Shown: piece by piece, positions 46,083 through 52,951 of the stretch
Numbering within the stretch: the first letter of the stretch is position 1
Layout: every line of letters starts with the position of its first letter
Assembly: GCA_016209635.1 (NCBI GenBank)
Contig: JACQWC010000013.1
Span: 12,680-76,679, forward strand
Direction: 5' to 3'
Length of the DNA stretch: 64,000 bases
Origin: Candidatus Rokuibacteriota bacterium
Lineage (GTDB): Bacteria > Methylomirabilota > Methylomirabilia > Rokubacteriales > CSP1-6
Made by a program: the position numbers and the translations under genes
Notes under the pieces: generated by a model
Database searches by the model: none
Seen by the model: only the letters and a program-made list of their open reading frames with translations
Told to the model about the DNA's origin: nothing

Positions 46083-47072
46083 TCAGAAATTCACGAGCAC
46101 CTTGGCGCCCTCGAAGTCGAAGGCGAAGGGCATCTCGCGGAGTCCCTCGGCGGCGAGCGCTTCGCGAACGGAGGCCCTGACCGACGGTGGGCAGCAAAGC
46201 ATCAGGAAACCGCCGCCGCCCGCGCCGACGAGCTTACCGCCAAGGGCGCCCTGGGTCCGCGCGAGGTCGTACCAGCGGTCGATCTTTACGTCGCTGATCC
46301 TGTCCGACCGCCGCTTCTTGTTCTGCCAGTGCTCCTCGAGAAGCTGGCCAAACTTCGGCAGGTCGCCACGCTCGAGCGCCTCCTTGATCCGGTAGCCGAT
46401 CTCTTTCGTCCGGTGCAGGCTGTCGAGGATCGTCACCTTCGCCTCGCGCGTGTCCGCATCCTGCGCGCCGAGGATCTCGCGGCTGCTCCGCTGGAGCCCG
46501 GTGAAGAAGAGCACGATCCAGCGCCGGAGCTCCTCGGCGTCGTCGCCCCCCAGCGTGAGTGGCGTGACAGCCACCGCGCCGCTCTGTGCGATCTCCAAGC
46601 ACGTGATGCCACCGAAGGCGGCAAGGTAGTGATCCTGCTTGCCGACGGGATGACGGGCGAGGTCCATCTCGATGTGGACGGCCAATTCGGCGAGGTCCTG
46701 GGTCGGGATACGCTCCCGCTTGAGTTCATGCAGCGCCGTGAGGACCGCGACGAGGTAGCTTCCCGACGATCCAAGCCCCGTCCCGTCCGGCACGTCAGCC
46801 ATCGAGACGATCTCGAGAGCGCCGTCGACGCCGAGGAGCTTGAGAGCAGGCCGCACCAGATCGTGCTGGATCTCGTCGACCGAGGAAACCTGCTCGTACC
46901 GTGAGTACTTTACGCGGAGAAGCGTATCAGCAGCCGGGCGGTTGACGTAGATATACACGTACTTGTTGATCGCCGCGCTCAGGACGAAACCGCGATGGCG
47001 CGTGTAGTAGGAAGGGAGGTCAGTGCCACCACCGCCTAGGGTGATTCGGAGCGGCGCGCGGGCGAGAATCAT
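46083..47072 (-). CDS. GHMP-family sugar kinase (HddA/WcbL-like heptose-7-phosphate kinase candidate)
   Basis: Start at ATG 47072, preceded by GGGAGG. ARAPLRITLGGGGTDLPSYY, GLGSSGS, GKQDHYLAAFGG and GAGGGGFLML reproduce the HddA/fucokinase-type GHMP pattern. Confidence 0.85.
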   Translation of the reverse strand: MILARAPLRITLGGGGTDLPSYYTRHRGFVLSAAINKYVYIYVNRPAADTLLRVKYSRYEQVSSVDEIQHDLVRPALKLLGVDGALEIVSMADVPDGTGLGSSGSYLVAVLTALHELKRERIPTQDLAELAVHIEMDLARHPVGKQDHYLAAFGGITCLEIAQSGAVAVTPLTLGGDDAEELRRWIVLFFTGLQRSSREILGAQDADTREAKVTILDSLHRTKEIGYRIKEALERGDLPKFGQLLEEHWQNKKRRSDRISDVKIDRWYDLARTQGALGGKLVGAGGGGFLMLCCPPSVRASVREALAAEGLREMPFAFDFEGAKVLVNF

Positions 47073-47288
47073 GTGGACCTCCCGCGGCGGGTGGAGCATG
47101 CCGCGTCGATGATCGCCGCGATCGGGACGCGCTGGCAGGTCGGCTCGATGCTCGCGGCCGGGTCCATAGTTTGCGAAGAAATTGTACCCGAGGGGGCCGG
47201 AAACCGCCGAGCCTCTTTCTCCCCCGCCGCGCTGGCTGAAGCGACGCCGCCGGCGCGCGGAGCCGTCGCGCCTCCCGCGCGCTGTACT

Positions 47289-47930
47289 TCACCGCGAGCC
47301 GCAACGGACGCACAGGAGCAACAGGAGGTCCTCGGGCGCCGGGATAACGCCATGGGGCTCTTCCCGGACGAAGCTACGGAGCCCCGGCTTGCAGGATGCC
47401 CGCACGTCGCGCAGCGCGGCCTCGGCGGCTCCGACGGCGCGGCGGGCATCCTCCGCGGTGGTCTCCCCGTGCGGCAGGAGGCCTTCCTCGGTGGGGTAGC
47501 GACCGCGGTACAGCTCCACGACATCGTGACTGCGCGGCGGGCCCTGTCCCCTCCCCAGTAGCAGGGCCTTCAGGGCGCGCTCGACGCACTGCTGGCCGTG
47601 CAGGCACGCCGCGCGGTGCTTCTCGCGCTCGAGCAGAATCGCGGCACTCTCCAGCTCCTCCTCCGCCTCGCGGAGCCAGGCTTCGGTCGCCCTTCGCATG
47701 TAGAGGACCCTCCCGTGCTCGACGACCTCCTCGATGAAGGGGCTCCCCAGGGCGTAGAGGTCGCGCATCTCGCGCCGCGTGTAGACGAGGACATCGAGCG
47801 GGACCGCGCGGTCGGCAAGGAGCCGCTCGACCTCGGCCCCGCCGGTCGCGTGCGAGCCGAACAGGATGATCCGGTCGGGGTCGTAGTGGCTCACCAGGCG
47901 CTCGACGACAGCGGTCAGGGTCGTCAGCAT
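47289..47930 (-). CDS. Fused minimal nucleotidyltransferase (MNT-like) + HEPN domain protein
   Basis: 213 aa. N-part IILFGSHATGG...PLDVLVYTRREM...HGRVLY (pol-beta NTase fold). C-part WLREAEEELESAAILL...CLHGQQCVERALKALLL...RSHDVVEL...GRYP (HEPN). The usual Asp-x-Asp segment after the GS motif seems absent. Confidence 0.6.
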   Translation of the reverse strand: MLTTLTAVVERLVSHYDPDRIILFGSHATGGAEVERLLADRAVPLDVLVYTRREMRDLYALGSPFIEEVVEHGRVLYMRRATEAWLREAEEELESAAILLEREKHRAACLHGQQCVERALKALLLGRGQGPPRSHDVVELYRGRYPTEEGLLPHGETTAEDARRAVGAAEAALRDVRASCKPGLRSFVREEPHGVIPAPEDLLLLLCVRCGSR

Positions 47931-48020
47931 CAGCGCATCCTAGCACGGACCCCGGACGATCGAGGGTGTGCGCCTCTTCCCCGGCCGAGCCCGGGTGTGG
48001 ACCGTCTCTGATCGGAGACG

Positions 48021-48049
48021 GTGACCTGTGTCGCCCCGGGTGCTACGCT
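48021..48049 (+). promoter_or_regulatory. Candidate sigma70-like promoter (GTGACC-17 nt-TACGCT) upstream of the coiled-coil gene, conserved at the paralogue
   Basis: The same hexamers occur with an 18-nt spacer at 53606-53635, upstream of the paralogous gene. Flanking leader sequence is also conserved between the two loci. Confidence 0.3.
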
Positions 48050-48069
48050 CTGAGCGCCGGAGGAGGGCG

Positions 48070-48549
48070 ATGGCTGAGCCGGGTCGCCAGGACGTCACGC
48101 TGAACACCCTGCACGAGGACCTGACAGCAGGCTTCCGGGAAATGCGGGCGGGCGTCGTCGACCTCAAGGCCACGCTGACGGAAGGGTTCCAGGAGATGCG
48201 GGCGGGCTTCGCCGACCTCAAGACCACGTTGGTCGCGGGCTTCCGAGGCCTGCCGAGCCGCGAGTCGAGCGAGGAGATGGTGCGCCTGCTCCGGGAGGGA
48301 AACCGGCTGCAGGAGGCGCGGTTCGCGCAGCTCGACGTCCGCATCCGCGAGCAGCACCTGGAAACCCAGCAGATCCTCCACGCCCTGGCCGAGGGCCAGC
48401 GCGCCCTGGTCGAGATCCTCCACGCCGTGGCCGAGGGCCAGCGCGCGCTAGTCAGCGAGGTCAGGAGCCTCTCGGCTGACATCAAGGCCCTGATCGCCCG
48501 CCTCGACGCAATGATCAAGGGGCGGGGCGACGGGAGCCCGCCCGCGTAG
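48070..48549 (+). CDS. Coiled-coil repeat protein of unknown function (paralogue 1)
   Basis: ATG 48070 preceded by GGAGGAGGG. 159 aa, heptad-rich, with internal repeats (GF[RQ]EMRAG..DLK.TL twice; ILHA.AEGQRALV twice). A near-identical paralogue lies at 53656-54051. Confidence 0.6.
   Translation: MAEPGRQDVTLNTLHEDLTAGFREMRAGVVDLKATLTEGFQEMRAGFADLKTTLVAGFRGLPSRESSEEMVRLLREGNRLQEARFAQLDVRIREQHLETQQILHALAEGQRALVEILHAVAEGQRALVSEVRSLSADIKALIARLDAMIKGRGDGSPPA
48373..48456 (+). repeat. Perfectly in-frame 42-bp tandem duplication inside the coiled-coil gene
   Basis: Units 48373-48414 and 48415-48456 (ILHALAEGQRALVE / ILHAVAEGQRALVS). The paralogue at 53656-54051 has a single unit. Confidence 0.8.
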
Positions 48550-48859
48550 CCCTCACGCCGGCCCCCGCCTGGCTGACGGCGGACTACGTGGCGCGCAGCC
48601 GGCCCAGGAAGTCGCGCCCGAAGGCGAGCACCCTCGCAGCCCCGTCCGCCGCCGCCCGGGCTTCGCCTTCTGCCATGCCGATCTCGTGATAGAACGCCGG
48701 CCCGCGGATCTCGGCCAGCCGGCTCGAGAAGGCCGCGGCCCTCCAGAGCCAAGCCAGGACGATCCTGAGCGAGGACTTCGCCGCCGGCCGCACGATCGAA
48801 GGCGTCACGATCGAGAATCCGTTCGCCGACCTCGCCGCCCGCCCCGGCAACTCGTGACT

Positions 48860-49116
48860 ATGGAATCGAAGATTTCAGCGACAGAGCTTGCAAGGAAGCT
48901 GGGGGACGTGCTCGGCCGTGTCCGCTTCCGCGGAGACTCCTTCGTCATCGAGCGAACTCGACGCCGATCGCTCGCCTCGTTCCGGTCCCGGGCGCGGCCC
49001 TGCCGACGCTCCGGGAGGTCGTGACAGCTTGGGGAGCCGCCGGGGAGCCGGACCCCACGTTCGCCACGGACCTCGATCGCGTCGGCGCGCTGGATCGCTT
49101 GCCCGAAAACCCATGA
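48860..49116 (+). pseudogene. Frameshifted Phd/YefM- or VapB-type antitoxin gene
   Basis: MESKISATELARKLGDVLGRVRFRGDSFVIER in one frame continues as [53 protein letters not shown]-stop in the -1 frame. The apparent 1-nt loss is near 48955. The stop overlaps the ATG of the following PIN remnant. Confidence 0.55.
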
Positions 49117-49297
49117 GCCTCGTGATCGACACGAGCGCCTCTTCGCCGTGCTGAGCCGCGCTGGCCGGCTGATCCTGGCCAACGATTTGGCCGTGGCCGC
49201 CACGGTGCTTCACCTCGGGTTCGGGGTCCTCGTCGGGCCGGCGGGGGACGAACACTTCCGGCAGGTTGCCGGCCTTCGCGTCGAGCGGCTCTCGTAG
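49113..49297 (+). pseudogene. VapC (PIN-domain) toxin remnant with internal deletion
   Basis: MSLVIDTSA... (PIN N-terminus) stops after 13 codons. Another frame then gives [42 protein letters not shown]-stop (PIN C-terminus). The middle of the domain is missing. Confidence 0.55.
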
Positions 49298-49310
49298 TCC
49301 CGAGGCGGGT

Positions 49311-49439
49311 CGCGTCGAGGTGTACCGCCGGCCGACGACTGCAGGCCACCAGGAGGTCCGGAGGCTCGGCCGCGGCGGGACGCTCGGCCCCGAAGTGTTT
49401 CCGGACATCGCCCTCACCGTCAACGACCTCCTCGGATAG
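49311..49439 (+). pseudogene. 3' fragment of a Uma2-family (DUF820) endonuclease gene
   Basis: RVEVYRRPTTAGHQEVRRLGRGGTLGPEVFPDIALTVNDLLG-stop parallels the C-terminus of the intact Uma2 gene at 62912-63472 (DRVEVYRRPSDEGYRDVRRLGRDQTLSAEAFPDVTLTVGDLLG-stop). Confidence 0.55.
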
Positions 49440-49584
49440 GAGCCCGCTACCTCACCGGACAGCACCCCCGACGCCGACCGGCGCGTGAGGGGCTGGCCGG
49501 ACTCGACAAGTTTCCCGTTGAAGACGACACCTGGCATTACGTTGCAGGATAGCGTATTCTTTCGTCCGACGGAGGGACCGTAGC

Positions 49585-50004
49585 ATGAGGGCTGTCCAGA
49601 AAAGCATTCGGATTCCCGAAGAGATTGTTCGACTGGTCGAGGACTTGGCCAGAATGTCAGGCCGGGACTTCACGGCGACGATCAACGAGCTACTGGACGA
49701 GGCGCTCAAGATGCGGCGCTTTCCGGGGATCGTCCTTGCCGATGGGCCCGCTGGACGACGGGCGCGCCTTGCCGGCACGGGCCTCGACGTCTGGGAGGTG
49801 ATTGCCACCTATCGGAGCGTCGACCGTGACACGGTTCGGCTGCACAAGGCCCTTCCGTGGGTCCCCGAACCTGCCCTGCGCGCAGCGCTCGCCTACTTCG
49901 CAGCCTACCCCGCCGAGATCGACCAGCGCATCGCTGCAAGCGAGCGCTGGACCATGGAGGAGCTGAAGGCCCGACACCCGGCGCTCATGTCCGGGCACGA
50001 GTGA
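49585..50004 (+). CDS. RHH (CopG-like) + DUF433 domain protein (antitoxin-like)
   Basis: 139 aa. KSIRIPEEIVRLVEDLARMSGRDFTATINELLDEAL (ribbon-helix-helix), then LAGTGLDVWEVIATYRS...ALRAALAYFAAYPAEID (DUF433 pattern). Confidence 0.7.
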   Translation: MRAVQKSIRIPEEIVRLVEDLARMSGRDFTATINELLDEALKMRRFPGIVLADGPAGRRARLAGTGLDVWEVIATYRSVDRDTVRLHKALPWVPEPALRAALAYFAAYPAEIDQRIAASERWTMEELKARHPALMSGHE

Positions 50005-50345
50005 AGTTCTACCTCGACGAGGACCTGAGCCCGACGGTTGCGGAGCTAGCCAGGGACCGCGGGGTCGATGCCATCAGCGTGCACGAGGTCGGCGCGACCG
50101 GCCTGTCGGACTGGGAACAGCTCGACCGAGCGGCCAGCGCCGGGCGCTGTCTGGTCACGCGGAACCGCGATGACTTCGTCCGGCTCACCGTCGAATACTA
50201 CGCGGCGGGCCGTCCCCACCGAGGTGTCTTGATTATCCCGTACACGCTGCCCGCCGATCAGTTCTCGCGGCTGGCCGATGCCCTCGTCGCCTACGCGGCT
50301 CACCGCCCAGGCGACGCGCCGGAGTACACGATCGACTTCCTGTGA
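50001..50345 (+). CDS. DUF5615-family PIN-like protein (toxin-like partner of DUF433)
   Basis: GTG 50001 overlaps the upstream TGA (GTGA). VKFYLDEDLSPTVAELARDRGVDAISVHEVG...LVTRNRDDF matches the DUF5615/Mut7-C-like pattern. Confidence 0.7.
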   Translation: MKFYLDEDLSPTVAELARDRGVDAISVHEVGATGLSDWEQLDRAASAGRCLVTRNRDDFVRLTVEYYAAGRPHRGVLIIPYTLPADQFSRLADALVAYAAHRPGDAPEYTIDFL

Positions 50346-50605
50346 ACCGTCCGCGCTGATCGCGCCAGATCACCTCGCCGACCTGCGAAGGTGACGCCAC
50401 TATCGCTCAGACGGACCCCGTCAGCGTGATCCGGCCGGGATGACGGACATTCGATGCCATCGTGACATCCCGGATCGGGCATCCCGCCAGACGCGGAGGG
50501 CCCGTTGTAGCGGGCGGCACTTGAATTTTCGGCGACTTAGGTTCTGGCAGTATTCCTGCAGCAAGAGCATTTCATGGCCCGAGAACAAGCCCGGAGGACG
50601 CAACG

Positions 50606-51052
50606 ATGAAAATCATCTGCTCCCCCTGCCGCGCGGGCGGACACCGCGCCATCGTCCGCGAGGAAGAACCGATGACTGACGAACACGAAACGGTTGGCCT
50701 GTGCCTCGAACACAGCATCGCCGTCCTCGGGCAGATTCGTTCCCAGCTGGGCGGGTCGCTGGGGCGACAGCACGCGAGCCCCCGTGGGCACCCGAGTGAA
50801 CGCCGACGCTCTCCACGCACCCAGGTGTCGTGGCCCGTGCGCCTCTGGGTCGGCCACGAAGCACTGAGCGGGCAGGTCGTGGACGCGAGTGCAAGCGGCA
50901 TCGCCCTGGCCACGGCTCCGACGGCCGCAGTGAAGCTCGGCAAGGCCTACCGGGTCGAAGTCCTCGGTGGAAGTCACGGTGCCTCGGCGTTCATCGCTGA
51001 GGTCCGCAATGTCGGCGGCGGCAGGGTCGGCATGGAGATCAGGAACGTGTGA
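50606..51052 (+). CDS. PilZ domain protein with N-terminal Cys/His cluster
   Basis: ATG preceded by GGAGGA. Canonical c-di-GMP motifs RRSPR (RxxxR) and DASASG (DxSxxG). The N-terminus CSPC...CLEH resembles a small zinc-binding module. Confidence 0.75.
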   Translation: MKIICSPCRAGGHRAIVREEEPMTDEHETVGLCLEHSIAVLGQIRSQLGGSLGRQHASPRGHPSERRRSPRTQVSWPVRLWVGHEALSGQVVDASASGIALATAPTAAVKLGKAYRVEVLGGSHGASAFIAEVRNVGGGRVGMEIRNV

Positions 51053-51093
51053 GGCGGGCGCGGCCGAGCGCCAGTTAGGGAGACCGGTCACGC

Positions 51094-51981
51094 TCATGTC
51101 TTCATCTCCGGGGGGAGGATAGCCGACTTCGAGAGCGAGGCCGGATTCCGCCGCGCCCACCGGCCGGCGTCGACGGCCGCGACGAAGTCGAGGACAGCCC
51201 GGTTGAAGGCCTCCGGCTCCTCCAGGTTGATGGCGTGGCCGGACTTGGGGAGGATCACGAGGCCGGCCGTCGGGATCTTCCGCTTCATGTGGAGCGACGG
51301 CTCCAGGCACGGCTCGTCCTCGTCGCCGGTCATGATCAGCGTCGGGACCTCCAGCGTCTCCAGCCGGTCGGTCAGCTCGAACACGCTCGGCCGCGTCATC
51401 TGCACGCCCCGCATGGTGAGGGCATGCCCCCGGGCCGAGCCGGCGGCGAAGAGGTCGTAGAACTCCTGGTAGCCCTTGGGGTCCTTGTCCATGAGCTGGA
51501 CACGGGTGGGGCCGCGGCCGTAGAACGCGGCGACCTTGGCCATCCCCTCCTGCTCGAGGCCGCGGACCGTCGCCTCCACATCGCGCCGGAAGTCCTCGCC
51601 GGCCCCGCTGCCGTAGCCGCAGCCGCCCACGACGAGCGAGAGCGCGCGCCGGGGATAGGTCAGGCCGAAGTGGAGCGCCGCGTAGCCCCCCATGGAGAGC
51701 CCGCACACGTGGGCCCGGTCGATGCCAAGCGCGTCGAGCATCCCCCGGATGTCCTCCGCCGCCCGCTGCTGCGAGTACTTCGCGGGGTCGTCCGGCACGT
51801 CCGACGGCGGGTAGCCCCGAGCGTTGTAGGCGATCGTGCGGTAGCGGCGCGCGAAGACGCGGAGCGGGGGGTCCCAGGAGCGGCACTCCCCGGCAAACTC
51901 GTGGACGAGGATCAGGGGCACGCCCTGCCCGTACTCCTCGTAGGAGAGCGAGACACCGTCGTCCATCGTGGCCTTGGGCAT
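51094..51981 (-). CDS. Alpha/beta hydrolase
   Basis: 295 aa. HEFAGE oxyanion region, nucleophile elbow GLSMGG, C-terminal GHAINLEEPE. Confidence 0.9.
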   Translation of the reverse strand: MPKATMDDGVSLSYEEYGQGVPLILVHEFAGECRSWDPPLRVFARRYRTIAYNARGYPPSDVPDDPAKYSQQRAAEDIRGMLDALGIDRAHVCGLSMGGYAALHFGLTYPRRALSLVVGGCGYGSGAGEDFRRDVEATVRGLEQEGMAKVAAFYGRGPTRVQLMDKDPKGYQEFYDLFAAGSARGHALTMRGVQMTRPSVFELTDRLETLEVPTLIMTGDEDEPCLEPSLHMKRKIPTAGLVILPKSGHAINLEEPEAFNRAVLDFVAAVDAGRWARRNPASLSKSAILPPEMKT

Positions 51982-52133
51982 GGTCTCCGTCCTTCCGATG
52001 ACGTCGGGCGCGCCGAGCCTAACGGCACGCCTTCGACGCGGTCAAGGACAGCGGCAGTCAGACCGCGAGTGAGGTTCTATCCCGCCCGAGCCCACCAATG
52101 AGGCTCTGGTAGAGTCCAAAAATGCATACACCG

Positions 52134-52183
52134 TTGACGGACACTCAGGCGATGCTATCTTGATGCGCGACTATCTTGATGCG
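52134..52183 (+). promoter_or_regulatory. Candidate promoter (TTGACG-16 nt-TATCTT) overlapping two 13-nt direct repeats (CTATCTTGATGCG), a possible RHH operator
   Basis: -35 at 52134-52139 and -10 at 52156-52161. The repeats sit at 52155-52167 and 52171-52183 (16-nt period), immediately upstream of the RHH gene in a locally AT-richer stretch. Confidence 0.35.
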
Positions 52184-52189
52184 TGGAAG

Positions 52190-52450
52190 ATGATGCGTAT
52201 CCCCGCAAAGCGAATGACATTCCGCCTGCATCAGCCGACTATTGCGGGAATCGATGTTCTCGTCCAGACCGGTCTTGCTCCAAGCCGGAACGCCTTGATC
52301 GAGGCTCTTGTGGACCAGGCCCTCCGCGTACATCGCCGCCATGAGCGAGAAGCTCAAACGGAGAAGGTGTACAGGGAAGCCTTCCGCGATCCTGCGTACG
52401 TTGCCGAGCAACAAGAAGTCATCCGGGCGTTCGCCGCTGCGGATGCCTAG
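52190..52450 (+). CDS. Ribbon-helix-helix (CopG/Arc-like) protein, antitoxin-like
   Basis: ORF track starts at 52160 (TTG), but that lies inside the predicted promoter, so ATG 52190 (MMRIPAKRMTFRLHQPTIAGIDVLVQTGLAPSRNALIEALV) is preferred. The beta-strand plus two-helix pattern is as in RHH. Confidence 0.65.
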   Translation: MMRIPAKRMTFRLHQPTIAGIDVLVQTGLAPSRNALIEALVDQALRVHRRHEREAQTEKVYREAFRDPAYVAEQQEVIRAFAAADA

Positions 52451-52461
52451 ACTCCACCGCA

Positions 52462-52821
52462 ATGGGTGAGGTGCGAGTCCCGATCGTCGTGGAGAATTCT
52501 CGGACGGGAGCCCGCTCCGAGGAGCTGATCGCACTCGCCGACACGGGCGCCACGCTTACCGTGGTCCCTGCGACCACCCTCAGCCACATCGGGATCGAGC
52601 CGGTTGGAAGCGTGGCCGTCGTTCTCGCTGACGGCCCGCGGGTTTCGCGCCGTGTGGGGAATGCCGTGATCGCGATCGACGGAGAGTCCGCCCCGTGCCG
52701 AGTGCTCTTCGGCGAAGCCGGCGACGCGGTGCTCCTTGGTCTCACAGTCCTGGAGCAGTTGGGCTTGGCCGTCGATCCGGTCCAGCGGCGGCTCGTCCCG
52801 ACGGACTTTCTCCTCTACTAG
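52462..52821 (+). CDS. Retropepsin-like (clan AA) aspartic protease, single domain
   Basis: 119 aa. Active-site ALADTGAT, and downstream LLGLTVLEQLGLAVD typical of the bacterial/archaeal retropepsin-like family. Starts 11 nt after the RHH gene. Confidence 0.8.
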   Translation: MGEVRVPIVVENSRTGARSEELIALADTGATLTVVPATTLSHIGIEPVGSVAVVLADGPRVSRRVGNAVIAIDGESAPCRVLFGEAGDAVLLGLTVLEQLGLAVDPVQRRLVPTDFLLY

Positions 52822-52822
52822 G

Positions 52823-52927
52823 CTAGCCGAGGAACGGCAGCACGATCAGCGCGTCGGGGTCGAGCCCCGCGCGCTCGCAGACTTCCTGCGCCTCGAGCCT
52901 GTAACGTCTCCGCCCGCGCCTCGTCGC
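52823..52927 (-). pseudogene. About 105-bp 3'-terminal fragment of a paralogue of the cyclase/ATPase/TPR gene
   Basis: The sequence from the stop codon inward (CTAGCCGAGGAACGGCAGCACGA...) is near-identical to 55274-55378. The encoded tail ...AQEVCERAGLDPDALIVLPFLG matches ...AQEVCERAGLEPDSLVVLPFLG of the intact gene. Confidence 0.65.
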
Positions 52928-52951
52928 TGAGTAACGACCGGGCACGGACTT

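Noticed and set aside
48100-48460. Short tandem repeats considered as a possible CRISPR-like or satellite array
   Set aside because: The repeats are in-frame 42- and 54-bp units inside a coding coiled-coil gene, with no spacer/repeat alternation.
48584-48850. 88-aa minus-strand ORF between the coiled-coil gene and the decayed antitoxin
   Set aside because: Codon-position GC is compatible with coding, but it competes with a plus-strand PIN-like C-terminal fragment in the same triplet phase. No family is recognisable, so it stays unresolved.
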